In this document: in pieces, positions 49,101 through 60,100 of the stretch
How the letters are laid out: each line of letters opens with the position of its first letter
Numbering within the stretch: position 1 is the stretch's first letter
Assembly (NCBI GenBank): GCA_964035545.1
Contig: OZ037769.1
Coordinates: 3,887,929 to 3,951,928 of the forward strand
Direction of reading: 5' to 3'
From: Bugula neritina
Lineage: Eukaryota > Animalia > Bryozoa
Length of the DNA: 64,000 bases
Program-made: the position numbers and the translations under genes
Notes under the pieces: generated by a model
Seen by the model: only the letters and a program-made list of their open reading frames with translations
What the model was told of the DNA's origin: nothing
Databases searched by the model: none

Positions 49101-52100
49101 CCTCTGTCTGCAAGTTGGTCAGCCAATCAACAGTCCCCGTGGCGCCGATACTTGTCCAATAGAAGCTTACGGCAAGAAAAAGAAGCCAGAGTATTGGTTC
49201 AGCATTTCTGGTGAAAAGTGAGTAGTTGTTTTCTCCTGATCAAATTATTTAGCTTCACTATAAAAATGGAGCAGCCGTGGCCTAGGGGTTAAAGCGCTGG
49301 CTTATTGAACACGAAGACATGTGTTTTATCCTCATTAGCGATGTCAGAAAGAGCATTCAGTCATAATTGCTCCTGTGCCACATATAAATAAGTCCTTAGC
49401 CCACTTAAAAAAACCCTTTCCATCAGGGGCTTCTCACAGGGATAGTGACTATACACTGATCCTATGACCACTATCCACACCAAGATATATGGACTTGACC
49501 CTCTGTCCATAAGCTTGCACTTGAACGACTTTCTAGTTTTTCTGGTAAAGCGATATATATTTTTCAGCATGTGAACACCTTTCATCCTATACTTTATAGC
49601 TCTACTGCAAATCTAAGCTTCTATCATGTGTTTAAAAAAATTGAATATTTGTCAAATGTTTATTAATTTTATAGCACTACAGCCTATTGTTTTTTTTTTA
49701 AATAATATGAGTCAACAACTATAACTTTCTTAACATGCAGCTCACCATTACATACCGGCTTGTTGAAATTAACACGTTTTCTCAACATTTTTATTTATTT
49801 TTTGAAATGCCTTCAGGGTAGTTTAAATCATCTTCTTTGCTTTTGATTGAAGCCTGTTCTATACTTTTAGTCAACAACAAGTTTTATCTACAAGCCCTGG
49901 GGTTGCTGACTTTATTATTCGTATATAGGCTTATCGACAGCATCGAACTTTGTACTACAACCAGTCTAACTGTAAATAAATACTTATAAATACTTTGTTT
50001 ACATTAGAGTAGAGAAAGTTTCCAAAAATTTTCTCCTGGGTAGACAGTGCTTATTGTTTATAGATTATAAGGTCATGTTTTATTGAGTTTGCTTGGCTCA
50101 GTCACTAAGCTAGAATAAATAAAATGAAAAATCACATTTCTGTAAGAATGGTTTAGAACTTTTAGAAAATTGATATCGGAGAAATATTTTGTGGAAATTA
50201 CTAATTATCTCAAAAAATAAAATATTCTGATTTATAATTTTTGCTTATAATTGCTTAAAGTTTTAGCTTGCTTTAAAATGTGGTGATAATTATTTTATTT
50301 TCTCCTTTAACTGTATCATCGTGATGTGTGATGTTCCATCTTCATTCCTATTGCGTTTTATAAAATACTTTTAGAATTGTCTTCTCTACTTGTCTTTTAC
50401 ATTGCCTAGGCAAGCTCCAGCTACTATCCTATATATGCACATAACAGCAGCTGTTTTGTATACATGTTCAGGGTTGAAGATCTCTACAAGTTCTTTATAC
50501 AGTGGAGACCAGAGTTGTACGGTGAAGAGATCACGGACGAGGGTGTACTGAACAGTAAAGGCTTCATTGCCATACCTCCGGAAGGCCTCGATTCTGAAAA
50601 TGTAGCGAAATGTTCGAGATCACCCTTAGTCAGGACTCTCAGCAATGTGCAGGTGTTGAAAGGTTGGGAGGTGTGTATGAGTACCCATTAGTTATTATAC
50701 TCTTGAGCTAAAGTATAGGCTATGGAGAATTTCTAGGCCATGCATAAACCACTATATCACTATGCACACTATGCGTTTGTATCATTTTACGCTGTTTAGT
50801 TATACCTTCAAATGCAGACCTGGTACAAATAGATGTGTTTTAGCAAATGCCATAGAATTTCAATGTTTTCTACCTAACTTGTTAATTTATAAGAAAGAGT
50901 GAGTTTCATAAATATTTCCAGTGTATCTTAGATGCTAAATTTTATTGAGTCAGTTTACTAATCTAGTTTGATTTTTCAAGCTATTATTTTTGGAAATTCC
51001 AAATGGCACACCTGTGTATTACCTGTAAGATATTATTGTATTTATTTGTTAGGCGTTACTGTATGTACCTGTAAGTTATTGCTGTATTTATTTGTTAGGT
51101 ATTATTTCGTTGTGTCTTGTAGATTCTGAGTGTAAATGAGATCTTAAGGCAACAGTCTATAGACTATGAGAGTTACATCAGTGTACCAGATATGGTGGGC
51201 GAAAGTCTCCTCTTGTCTGATGAGAACATAAAGAAGGTTGCTATTTAATCTGTATTGTATTTTAATCACATGTATATGTAGTGGAAGGAACAACTGTTGA
51301 AACTTAGTGCTTTCATTTCATAGCCTCTCCATGAGATTAAAGTAAATTCATTCAGTAATTTTTGAAAATAAGTAATTGAAATTTTGCATGACATGAGTTA
51401 TCATTTGGAATTTTAAGGTGCTGTTGATGTAAGTCGTATAACGATACGTTATATACTCGAATAACAAAGATTATACTTGTGAGCAGTTCTCAATGGAAGT
51501 CATATCACCTCCTTTAAAACTCATTTATATGCAGTTTATGCAAAGTATATTATATCATCTGATGGATATAGTAGTGTTCTAGTTTCTATAGCCTTGGTTC
51601 TTTATTCCTGCAGTTGGTGATGTGTCTCCCCGCAAGAGTTGAAGGTCACAGGTGGCGCCTGGCTTACAGCAATGAGGCTCATGGGTTTAGTTTGAACACT
51701 TTGTACAGAAACATGTGCGAGTTTGAATCTGCGACGTTAGTCATCATCCTAGATGACAATGACAGGGTGTGTGCAGTTTTATACCCTTGAAAATGTATGG
51801 CAACTCAATATACATATACACTATATTATATGTGCTATATATATACACAGGGGTCATTTTACCTAATTTATTACACAATTTATATCCCTTTTTAAGCTAT
51901 TTTTCACACTTTAGCTGCTAATGTATATAGTTTCTTGCATTGAACTGATGAAATTTTAGCAAATACAGCTGAATAGGCAAGGTTTTTTTTCTAATTTTGC
52001 TTGATTTTCTATGTTTTATTCTAATTTTTCAGTAACTTTGGGTGTTCGGATGTGATGCTTTTTTCATCATGCCCGCACACCACGATCTTTTCAATTCAAT

Positions 52101-53365
52101 TTTAATTAGTTGAAATTTCTATCAAACTATATTTATTTTAACTTCGTCATGTAGCATTCAGCTAGATTTTATTATTGCAGATGTTTGGGGCGTTCTCCTC
52201 TGCACCCCTCCATCTCTGCGAACACTTCTATGGTACTGGCGAATGCTTTCTGTTCACATTTGTTGATGGCTTCAAGTCGTATCCATGGAGTGGGAAGAAC
52301 ATGTTCTGTGTGAGGGGTGGACAGCAAGCGCTAACCTTTGGTACTGGAAGGTATTGTATTTTGAATACTTGTATCAGAGCTTGAATGCACACTGCTTGAG
52401 CTGGAAATCGCACAACTTTATAATTACTATCCCTGTGAAAACCCCTGATGGAAAGGGGTCTTTTTTAAGTAGGCTAAGGACTTATTGATATGTGGCACAG
52501 GAGCAATTATGACTAGATGCTCTTCTTAACATCACCAATGGCTTTTACTGGGTTCGAACCCACAACTTTGTGTTTACTAAGTCAACGCTTTGACCCCTGG
52601 ACCACGGCTGCTACCACACTGTCTGAACCCATACATTGTTAAAATAAGATGAATGTTGAGTTTACGAGTTTGTCCGCTACAATGTACACATTTATGTAAA
52701 CATGCTTACAATCGCCATTGAAAAATAGCAGTTCGGACAGTTATGGCGTCACAAAGTTCACTCCTAAGCATTTTGGCTATAACCCAAGGCTCAAACTCTA
52801 CGAGGTTGGGGTGGTATGAGACATGTGGTGGTGGTTGTTATCGTGGTAGAGGGGTATACTGGCAGTAAACGAAATTAGTATTCTTGTAGTTGATAAACTT
52901 TAAAAACAACTATTTTTGTTTTCAGTTCTGCATGTGGACTGTGGCTGGACGCAGACATTTATCATGGCCGCACACAGCATTGTGACACTTTTAATAATGA
53001 CCCGTTGACTGGAGATGATGAAGACTTCATTGTTAAAGCTATTGAGGTGTGGGGGCTTAACGACCAGGAGTTTGACTGGTTAGTAGTTTGCTTATCTTTA
53101 TATTCATTCCTTGAATGCAAAGCATAATATAATATAATATAATTTAATGTGGTCTAAATTGATAGGTTCCATAAAAAAGTAGGTGAGAATGACCTTCTGC
53201 AGTAAACATGATATAAATTGTTTTGCTTGCAACCGTTTGATTTAAGTTTCAACTTTACAGTTTATAGTTTTCAGCAAAAGCCAAAAAACTATTTTTCTCA
53301 TGGATATTCATCTTATACTATATAATGACTGCTTGCATAATACATTGTTATAATGTTTCTGTAGA
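40175..53365 (+). CDS. OXR1: Oxidation resistance protein 1 / NCOA7 / mustard ortholog (LysM-GRAM-TLDc)
   Basis: Exons approx. 40175-40241, 40665-40735, 42688-42795 (LysM VKPDDKLTSIAACFDTTPSIIKKINRL), 44328-44444, 45028-45213, 45563-45744 (GTLLVTPNAVMFDP), 46215-46376, 48115-48812, 49049-49217 (KKKPEYWFSI), 50472-50670, 51123-51236, 51613-51766, 52181-52350 (HFYGTGECFLF) and 52926-53078 (GLWLDAD..IEVWGL). The stop is either split across an intron (53077-78 + 53365) or at 53125-53127. The start codon is less certain than the domains. Confidence 0.93.
42432..42685. repeat. Intronic 16-bp minisatellite TCACTGTGAACTACTC
   Basis: Visible array running up to the acceptor of the LysM exon (42688). 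Confidence 0.9.
46660..47172. repeat. Intronic 18-bp minisatellite ACTACTACTCAGTAC(T/A)CT, about 28 copies
   Basis: Highly homogeneous array that explains the three overlapping repetitive ORFs in the track. Confidence 0.95.
49268..49455 (+). mobile_element. tRNA-derived SINE, copy 3
   Basis: GGAGCAGCCGTGGCCTAGGGGTTAAAGCGCT head; AAGAGCATTCAGTCATAATTGCTCCTGTGCCACAT core; TTCTCACAGGGATAGTGACTATA end. Confidence 0.85.
52405..52612 (-). mobile_element. tRNA-derived SINE, copy 4
   Basis: Reverse complement matches the other copies over ~200 bp, including B box GGGTTCGAACCC. Confidence 0.85.
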
Positions 53366-54381
53366 ACCGCACAGGTACTTGTCACTGACAGACCCTGGCA
53401 GGTGGTCATCACTGACAGGCGATGACAGGTGATTCCCACTGACAGAATAAGAAGTCAATAATTGGACCTCTTGGGAGTTGTTTTTTAAAATCTATATTTA
53501 GGACCTTGCCATAATATTGCTGATCTTCAATTGTAAACTAAGTTTTTTTGTATGTATTTTTTATTTATTATGTTTTAGTATTCTATATAATCATTTTTTT
53601 ATTTTATGTATATTATGTATTTTTTGATGTACACTCAATTTGTTCCTTTGGTCTATATACTTTGTTTTTATTACCACTATATTATTATACCAACTGTAGT
53701 TATTAGCATGTAAAACATGTGATTCCTGTTTAAAGTGCAACTCAAGCTCATAATATTACACTATAACCTAAAATGTTATTATTATATGTCTGTATTTGAA
53801 TCTACTCTTCCTTAATTTCCATAGCATAATAAGGTGCTCAGTCCGCATTGCTTGGTGAGTTCAGTTAAACTTATGCACCATATATATTTCTTTAGCTTTG
53901 AATAACATAAGCTGACATTATCAATGCATTGAATATTCTTATTTATAATAAATGTTATTGTTGAAACTTCATTTATTTTGCTCTTGATATACAAGTATGA
54001 GTATGCTAAAAAACAACTTATTGTTGCACTGGATTATACCAAATATGTAGTAATATATATTTCTTACAGGGAAATATTTCCTATTGCAACTTAATATGTT
54101 CACACAGCTCTAATATATATTGACTTTATTTAAATTCTAGTGCCACCATAAGATTTTTCACAAAAAAAACTATGAATCAAAACCCTGCAATATATATTTA
54201 TATATAGAGTAAAATAAAAAAATAATGGAAAGAATTTTTAGCACCAGCCATGAATACAGATATTTGACAATTCTGGAAGAATAATTTAAACTTATTAGCG
54301 AAATACAAATACGTCTACATGGGAACTTAGCGAGCAGACAACTCCAACATGCAGCATACAAACTATTGTAATGAAAGTGTT

Positions 54382-55407
54382 TCACAACATATTTGAATCC
54401 TTCAATTTTTCATTAGCTTCCTTGTAATAATTGCTCATAGTTTCGCTCTCTCTACAATATTTATCATCTAATTCCAGAGCTTTGCTTTTCATTTCATTCA
54501 TAAACCTTTCCCATTTCTCTGCTCTAGCTTGTCTTTCATTGGCTAGATATTCTGGCTGTGAAACGCATCAACAGTTTAGTTAAAAAATACATCAATAGAG
54601 GTGAAAAATTACATATTAAAAAACTACATTCCAAGTTTTAGTGAAAAAAGTTCTGAAATCTAAAACATGAGTTTCATACCTTGAGATGCGTCTCAGATTG
54701 CATAAGTATTGTATCACAAATTTGCTTTGCTGTGACTAATGAAGAGCTGACAGCTGACAGGGTAGGTAACTCCTTATCAAACCTTGAGAATATTTCAGAT
54801 GTTTGAGTCAGCTGATCTTGAAAAATCTAAAAACAGTAAACAACATAATGGAAGAGCAATCTAAAATAAACACAAATCTGATACTGAGTAGTCCACATGA
54901 AGTACGTCACATCCCAGGCGCCAAAATTGCGCCAGAGCCATTGTGGCGTGCAAAAGTAAAACATAACAGCATGCTTACAACCAAAACATTGCCTCACATC
55001 TAATTGGTTCATTACACACATTACTAACAGAGAGATGTGCGTAGAAACACTTACCTGAGCTGATTTTTCACAAGGCTGTGTATAACCATCAAAGTTCCTC
55101 ATAGCATTGATATCTGACTGAAGAATGGCGTGATGATTAAACACTCTCCCATAAAGCTGGGTGGCACCTAGTTTACAGAATTGCAAAAACTAAACCTTGG
55201 CAAGCTGATTTTTGTTTAAATACTTTATAAAAAACATGATAATAATAACGTGATTGACGAAAAATTGCACACCTGCAACTATTTGAAGCAATAGAACAGA
55301 AGTACGCTGAAAATGTTGAATATGAAGATCCTTTTTAATAAAACCTTAAAATTTACAGTAAAATTATACATGTGGTTACCTTTTACTAATGATTGATGAT
55401 TTGCCAT
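54382..55407 (-). CDS. BLOC1S5: BLOC-1 subunit 5 (Muted)
   Basis: Exons 55407-55380, 55167-55055, ~54826-54680 and ~54555-54382 give MANHQSLVKGATQLYGRVFNHHAILQSDINAMRNFD...PEYLANERQARAEKWERFMNEMKSKALELDDKY..., paralleling Muted IIKDLGEIHSRLLDHRPVIQGE and WDNFMKEQ..EVDEEH. Confidence 0.8.
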
Positions 55408-55494
55408 TGGGAAACAGAAGATATGTTGATATGCCTGCGCTGTATATGCTTGTACACAACTATAAAATGAAAAAATATGATTATAGAAATTAGA

Positions 55495-55590
55495 CAGTGC
55501 GTGTGCGCGTGTACATACTGATACACACATACTGATACACACGCGCGCACACTGATACACACACTCACACCTATGCACAAACCTGCGCAC
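55495..55590. repeat. Compound (CA/CG)n microsatellite
   Basis: Alternating purine-pyrimidine tract just downstream (minus strand) of a GTAAGT donor at 55594. Confidence 0.7.
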
Positions 55591-56189
55591 TTACACAGAT
55601 ATCCGTAAGATCGATATAATGTAAATTGTATGAGTGAGTGAGTAATATCGCTTTAGTGATAACCGCAATGATTATAATACTAATATCCATATTCATTTTG
55701 ATATTCATATTCACTATATAATGTTGAATGTCATTATTATTATGATTTTCAATATCACAATGACTATGAGGCTGACATTACTATTACTATTAGACTCAGT
55801 AAAACAATCAATATCATAATGATAATCATAATGTAAATGAATAAATGACAATTTATTCCTTTATATTAATTTTTAATTCAATAAAATAATAATAACAACT
55901 CTAATAAAAATTCAATAAATTAAAATAACAATTAATAATAATTTAAATTATCATAATACGAAAATATTAAAATTAATTTCATTTCATATTAATATTTAGA
56001 ATTAGTGAGTCACTTTGAGTTTCAGTTTGAGTTTGACTTTCGAGTATTAAATTACTAATCAGTATTACTATCAGTTAACCAAAGAAATCAATGTTATTCC
56101 CGTAAGAAATCCTACTCAATTTTCAAACAAAAACTATTGTGCTAAACATTAATACAAATAATATGATATACTCCATAACAATTCGATTA

Positions 56190-56520
56190 TCATAGCTAGA
56201 GAGGTAGTGAAGAACTTAAAGCCTTCGCACTTTTGCATTTGTGAGAAACAGAAACGGGTTAGCTGGAATCACTGCTCCTAGCTGACAATCCGTAACTTTT
56301 TTTACAGATGTCTGTTTTTTTTCATGAATTTATTGTACCCAAGTTCTAAAATTATCGTTAATAACTCTTGTCTCACGGGCTATCCTGTGCTCATTCATTT
56401 CCTGTTGAACAGTTGGTTATGCTTCACTTTTCTCTACTGGCTACTCTTCAAAAACGATTTCACGATACGAGCCTGAGTTTTTTCCTAAAATAATATCAGT
56501 TCCATATCTAGTGTTTGTTT
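56190..56520. promoter_or_regulatory. Putative bidirectional promoter, BLOC1S5 / PGM3
   Basis: Higher-GC, CpG-containing patch between divergent genes, flanked by periodic AT-rich tracts. Confidence 0.45.
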
Positions 56521-57118
56521 GTTTTGAAATATTTAAACTCTGCAAGACATTTTTGTGAGAAACAACTTATGCTTAGTTCGAGTTTAGACTAAAAACTAAG
56601 GCAGTAACACTAACTCAGAACTGAGACTAACAGTAACAGTAACTGTAAGTGTAAGACTAAGAGTAAGAGTAAAGACTAAAAGTAAAACTAGAGTATGACT
56701 ATCCGTTACAGTAATGTCAATATTAATAGTAATATTAATTATATGTGAAATGTCGCATTAACTTTAAGTTATAGAGCCCTTGCCTTAGGCTTAAATTATA
56801 CCTCATACTTATAGTTATAGTACTACTACTAGCAATTTAATTATAAAAGCAAAACTAAATTTTTTTTTTGCTATGGTAATTCTTTAGCTCTTTAATTGTG
56901 ATTTATTCTAGGTTTTTGGTTTAAGTTGTTTTAGTGAGAGCACAGACTTTTGTCAAATTACTGGCTAATACCTTTCTCTGAATTTGTGTTTACTGTAGCC
57001 TCAGTCTGAACATGTATGGAAATGGTTAAATAGTAAAATGTCTTGATATTTTATACCTTGTTGAAAGTTTAAATGAAACAAGCCATTAAAATAAAATAAC
57101 ACAATTGTTGCAGGTATA

Positions 57119-60100
57119 ATGTCTTTATTTGTCGATGTCATCAAACATGCTGCACAAAATTATCCCAAAACTGACCAAGACGCTTATCTCTATGGAACGG
57201 CGGGATTCCGAATGAAGTTTGTGCATTTTTTTAAACTCAATTTACAATTTATGCTGCATATATTGTTTTCTGTTTATTTAATAGAACTTCTGAGATCTCA
57301 TTTTCATCTGTTTTGTAAGTTGTACTTGAATTATTGCCTTTTTAACACCAGCATGATTTTATTTAATAGAGCTGAAAAGTTGGATTTCATAGCATACAGA
57401 GTAGGAATACTGGCATCTCTGAGATCACAGGCTAAATCAGGTTAATACAATGAGTCAATTAGTTTGTTCATCTGCCAATTCAATCTGTATGGTATTCAGT
57501 GTATAAATACATAATGAATTTTACACGTGTATTTATATTCTTCAGATTTGTTAAAATTGAGTGCACTAGCACATTGATGATTTTTACAGTTTTAGCAAAC
57601 TGTTTACCATGTATTAAACCCTGGATAGTTCATGGTTTTTAGCTACAAATTGTTTCAATAATTTCTATTTACCATTTTAGCTGTGACTGGGGTTATGATC
57701 ACGGCCAGTCACAATCCTGCGTGTGACAATGGAGTGAAAATTATTGAACCTCACGGAGAGATGCTCCATGTTGACTGGGAGAGTTTTGCCACGAGAATTG
57801 TAAACTGCAGGTGAGGGTTAGCTTCTCTCTTCAGTTGTTAAATGGAGATTTATTTTCAAATAGGTTGTAAATGTTTTTTTGCCGTTAATAAGTTTTTGAC
57901 CAACTTTTGAGGTTAGTATATTTCTGCTAATTTCCAATTATTTGGTGGTAGTCTGTAGGTAAAATGTGTGAAAATGCTTTTGGGTAGGTATACTGTCTTA
58001 AAATTCATGTTGGCGAACTAACATCTTAAATTATGGTATTGCATATTAAAGGAATTGATTCCCATAAGATATACTGCATTCTAGTTTAACTCACCTGTTA
58101 GCACTTGCCACCGTATATTAGCACATGCTATCACCTGTCAACACTTGTTCTATACACCTATAGAGATGAAGATCTAGGGAATGTGATTCAATCTATCATC
58201 GAGGAAACTAAGCTGGACCCATCAATAACACCTCAGGTGTTTGTTGGAATGGATACTAGGTAATCCAAACAATAACATTATTCTCATATATTTATAACTA
58301 AATGGTTGCTGTGTTTAAAATGCTTTTGTGCCTATTAATTTATTTTATAAGCTTTTCATAATTGGTGTACTTAGGCAAATGTTATTTTCTACCATATTTT
58401 TAGCCAGCTATTTGTTTTGTGTTGGAGATATTGTTATACCTATATAAAATGTACCAGCAGTCTCATGACCATTTAACATGTTTTGGTGATCATTTCTTCA
58501 ATCAACATAGTATTAGTTATTCAGTCAGTAATAGCGAGTCACAGCTGCAGGCCATGTCATCTGACATTTTAATATATCGTTAAGACTTGCTGCATTTACT
58601 TTATGGATCACTATAGTTTTATTAGATACTTTATGTACATACTTGAGGATGTTGTACATACTTTAGGATATGATTTATATACATCAGGGTGGTTTGTTCT
58701 TCCAGTAAGTGCTGTACTTACATTAGGATGCTGTATACTTATATTAGGGTAATGTGTACTTACAGTAAGATATTGCATGTGGATGTTTTAGGCCCAGTAG
58801 TCCAGGTCTATCAAAAGCATGTCAGGCTGGAGTCAGTGTGATGAATGGAAAAGTTACAGATTATGGTGTGTCTTTCTACTCTTTATACTTTCTATTCATT
58901 GTGTTGCAATTTCTAATTGTTTGAACATTTTTTTCATAAATTAGTTATTAGTTGAATTGTGAAATCTGTTCAATCTATATAAACCTTCTTTGCTAATCAA
59001 ATACATGCATATCATGTAAATTGTTGCATGTAACAGTTGACAATGACTTAAAATTAGCAATGAAACTGTGCCATTCATATAATATAAGCAAACAAATTGC
59101 AGATTTATTTGTTATAAAAAGTTCCACTTCATTTCTTATAGTTTTACTAACACATATGGTTTCATTAAAGGAGCAGCCGTGATTTAGGGGTTAGAGAGTT
59201 TGCTTAGTAAGCATGAAGTCATGAGTTCACACTTCGACAAAGGAAGAGTATCCAGTCATAATTGCTCCTGTGTATACCATCTGAATAAGCCCTTAGCCCG
59301 CTTAGAAAACCCTTTCCACCAGGGATTTCTCACAGGGATAGTCACTATGAACTTGCGCGAGTTTTCAGTTTTTATATTATTTATTTATCAATTGTTATAC
59401 ACTTCAGGTTATGTCACCACACCACAGTTACACTACATAGTGTGGTCTCACAATACCAAGTTTACTCACCCACCCACTCAAGAAGGATACTACCTTAAAA
59501 TATCAACTGCTTTGAGACAGTTTTTGGACCTTTGCAAGCATTCCAATTCCATCACTCAAAAGGTGAATTCTGTTAAAGTATTATTTATCTCTTTCATAGT
59601 TTATTACTAAACAGAAATATTGCAAAATAATATGTTTTGCTAATGTAATTATTTTTTACAAAAAAATTAATATTTTCAAATGTTTCTTTGACTGCAATCT
59701 TCTGTTAATATTGAGGCATTTTAACATTGTATTGTGTGTCATGATTGGCTAGGTGACTGTAGATGGGTCCAATGGAGTAGGTGCTATGAAAGTGAGAGAA
59801 TTGCAGGCATATTTAGGAGACATGCTAACCATCAACTCTGTGTTTGATGGCTCTACTGGTGTACTAAATTATCAGGTAGCTCACGGAGTTATCTTCTCTA
59901 CTCTTCAAATTTTTTTCTTCACTCAGTTTAATTACATTGCAAAGCTCAACACGTGTATTTACATTTATATAATTCGATATTCTTAAAGTGTAAACTTATA
60001 GTTATTTGTGCTGTATTAGATTTTATCATTATTCAATAATAATTAATATACATTTCTCAAACAACTGTTAGGAGCAGATAAATTAGCTGTCATGCTACAC

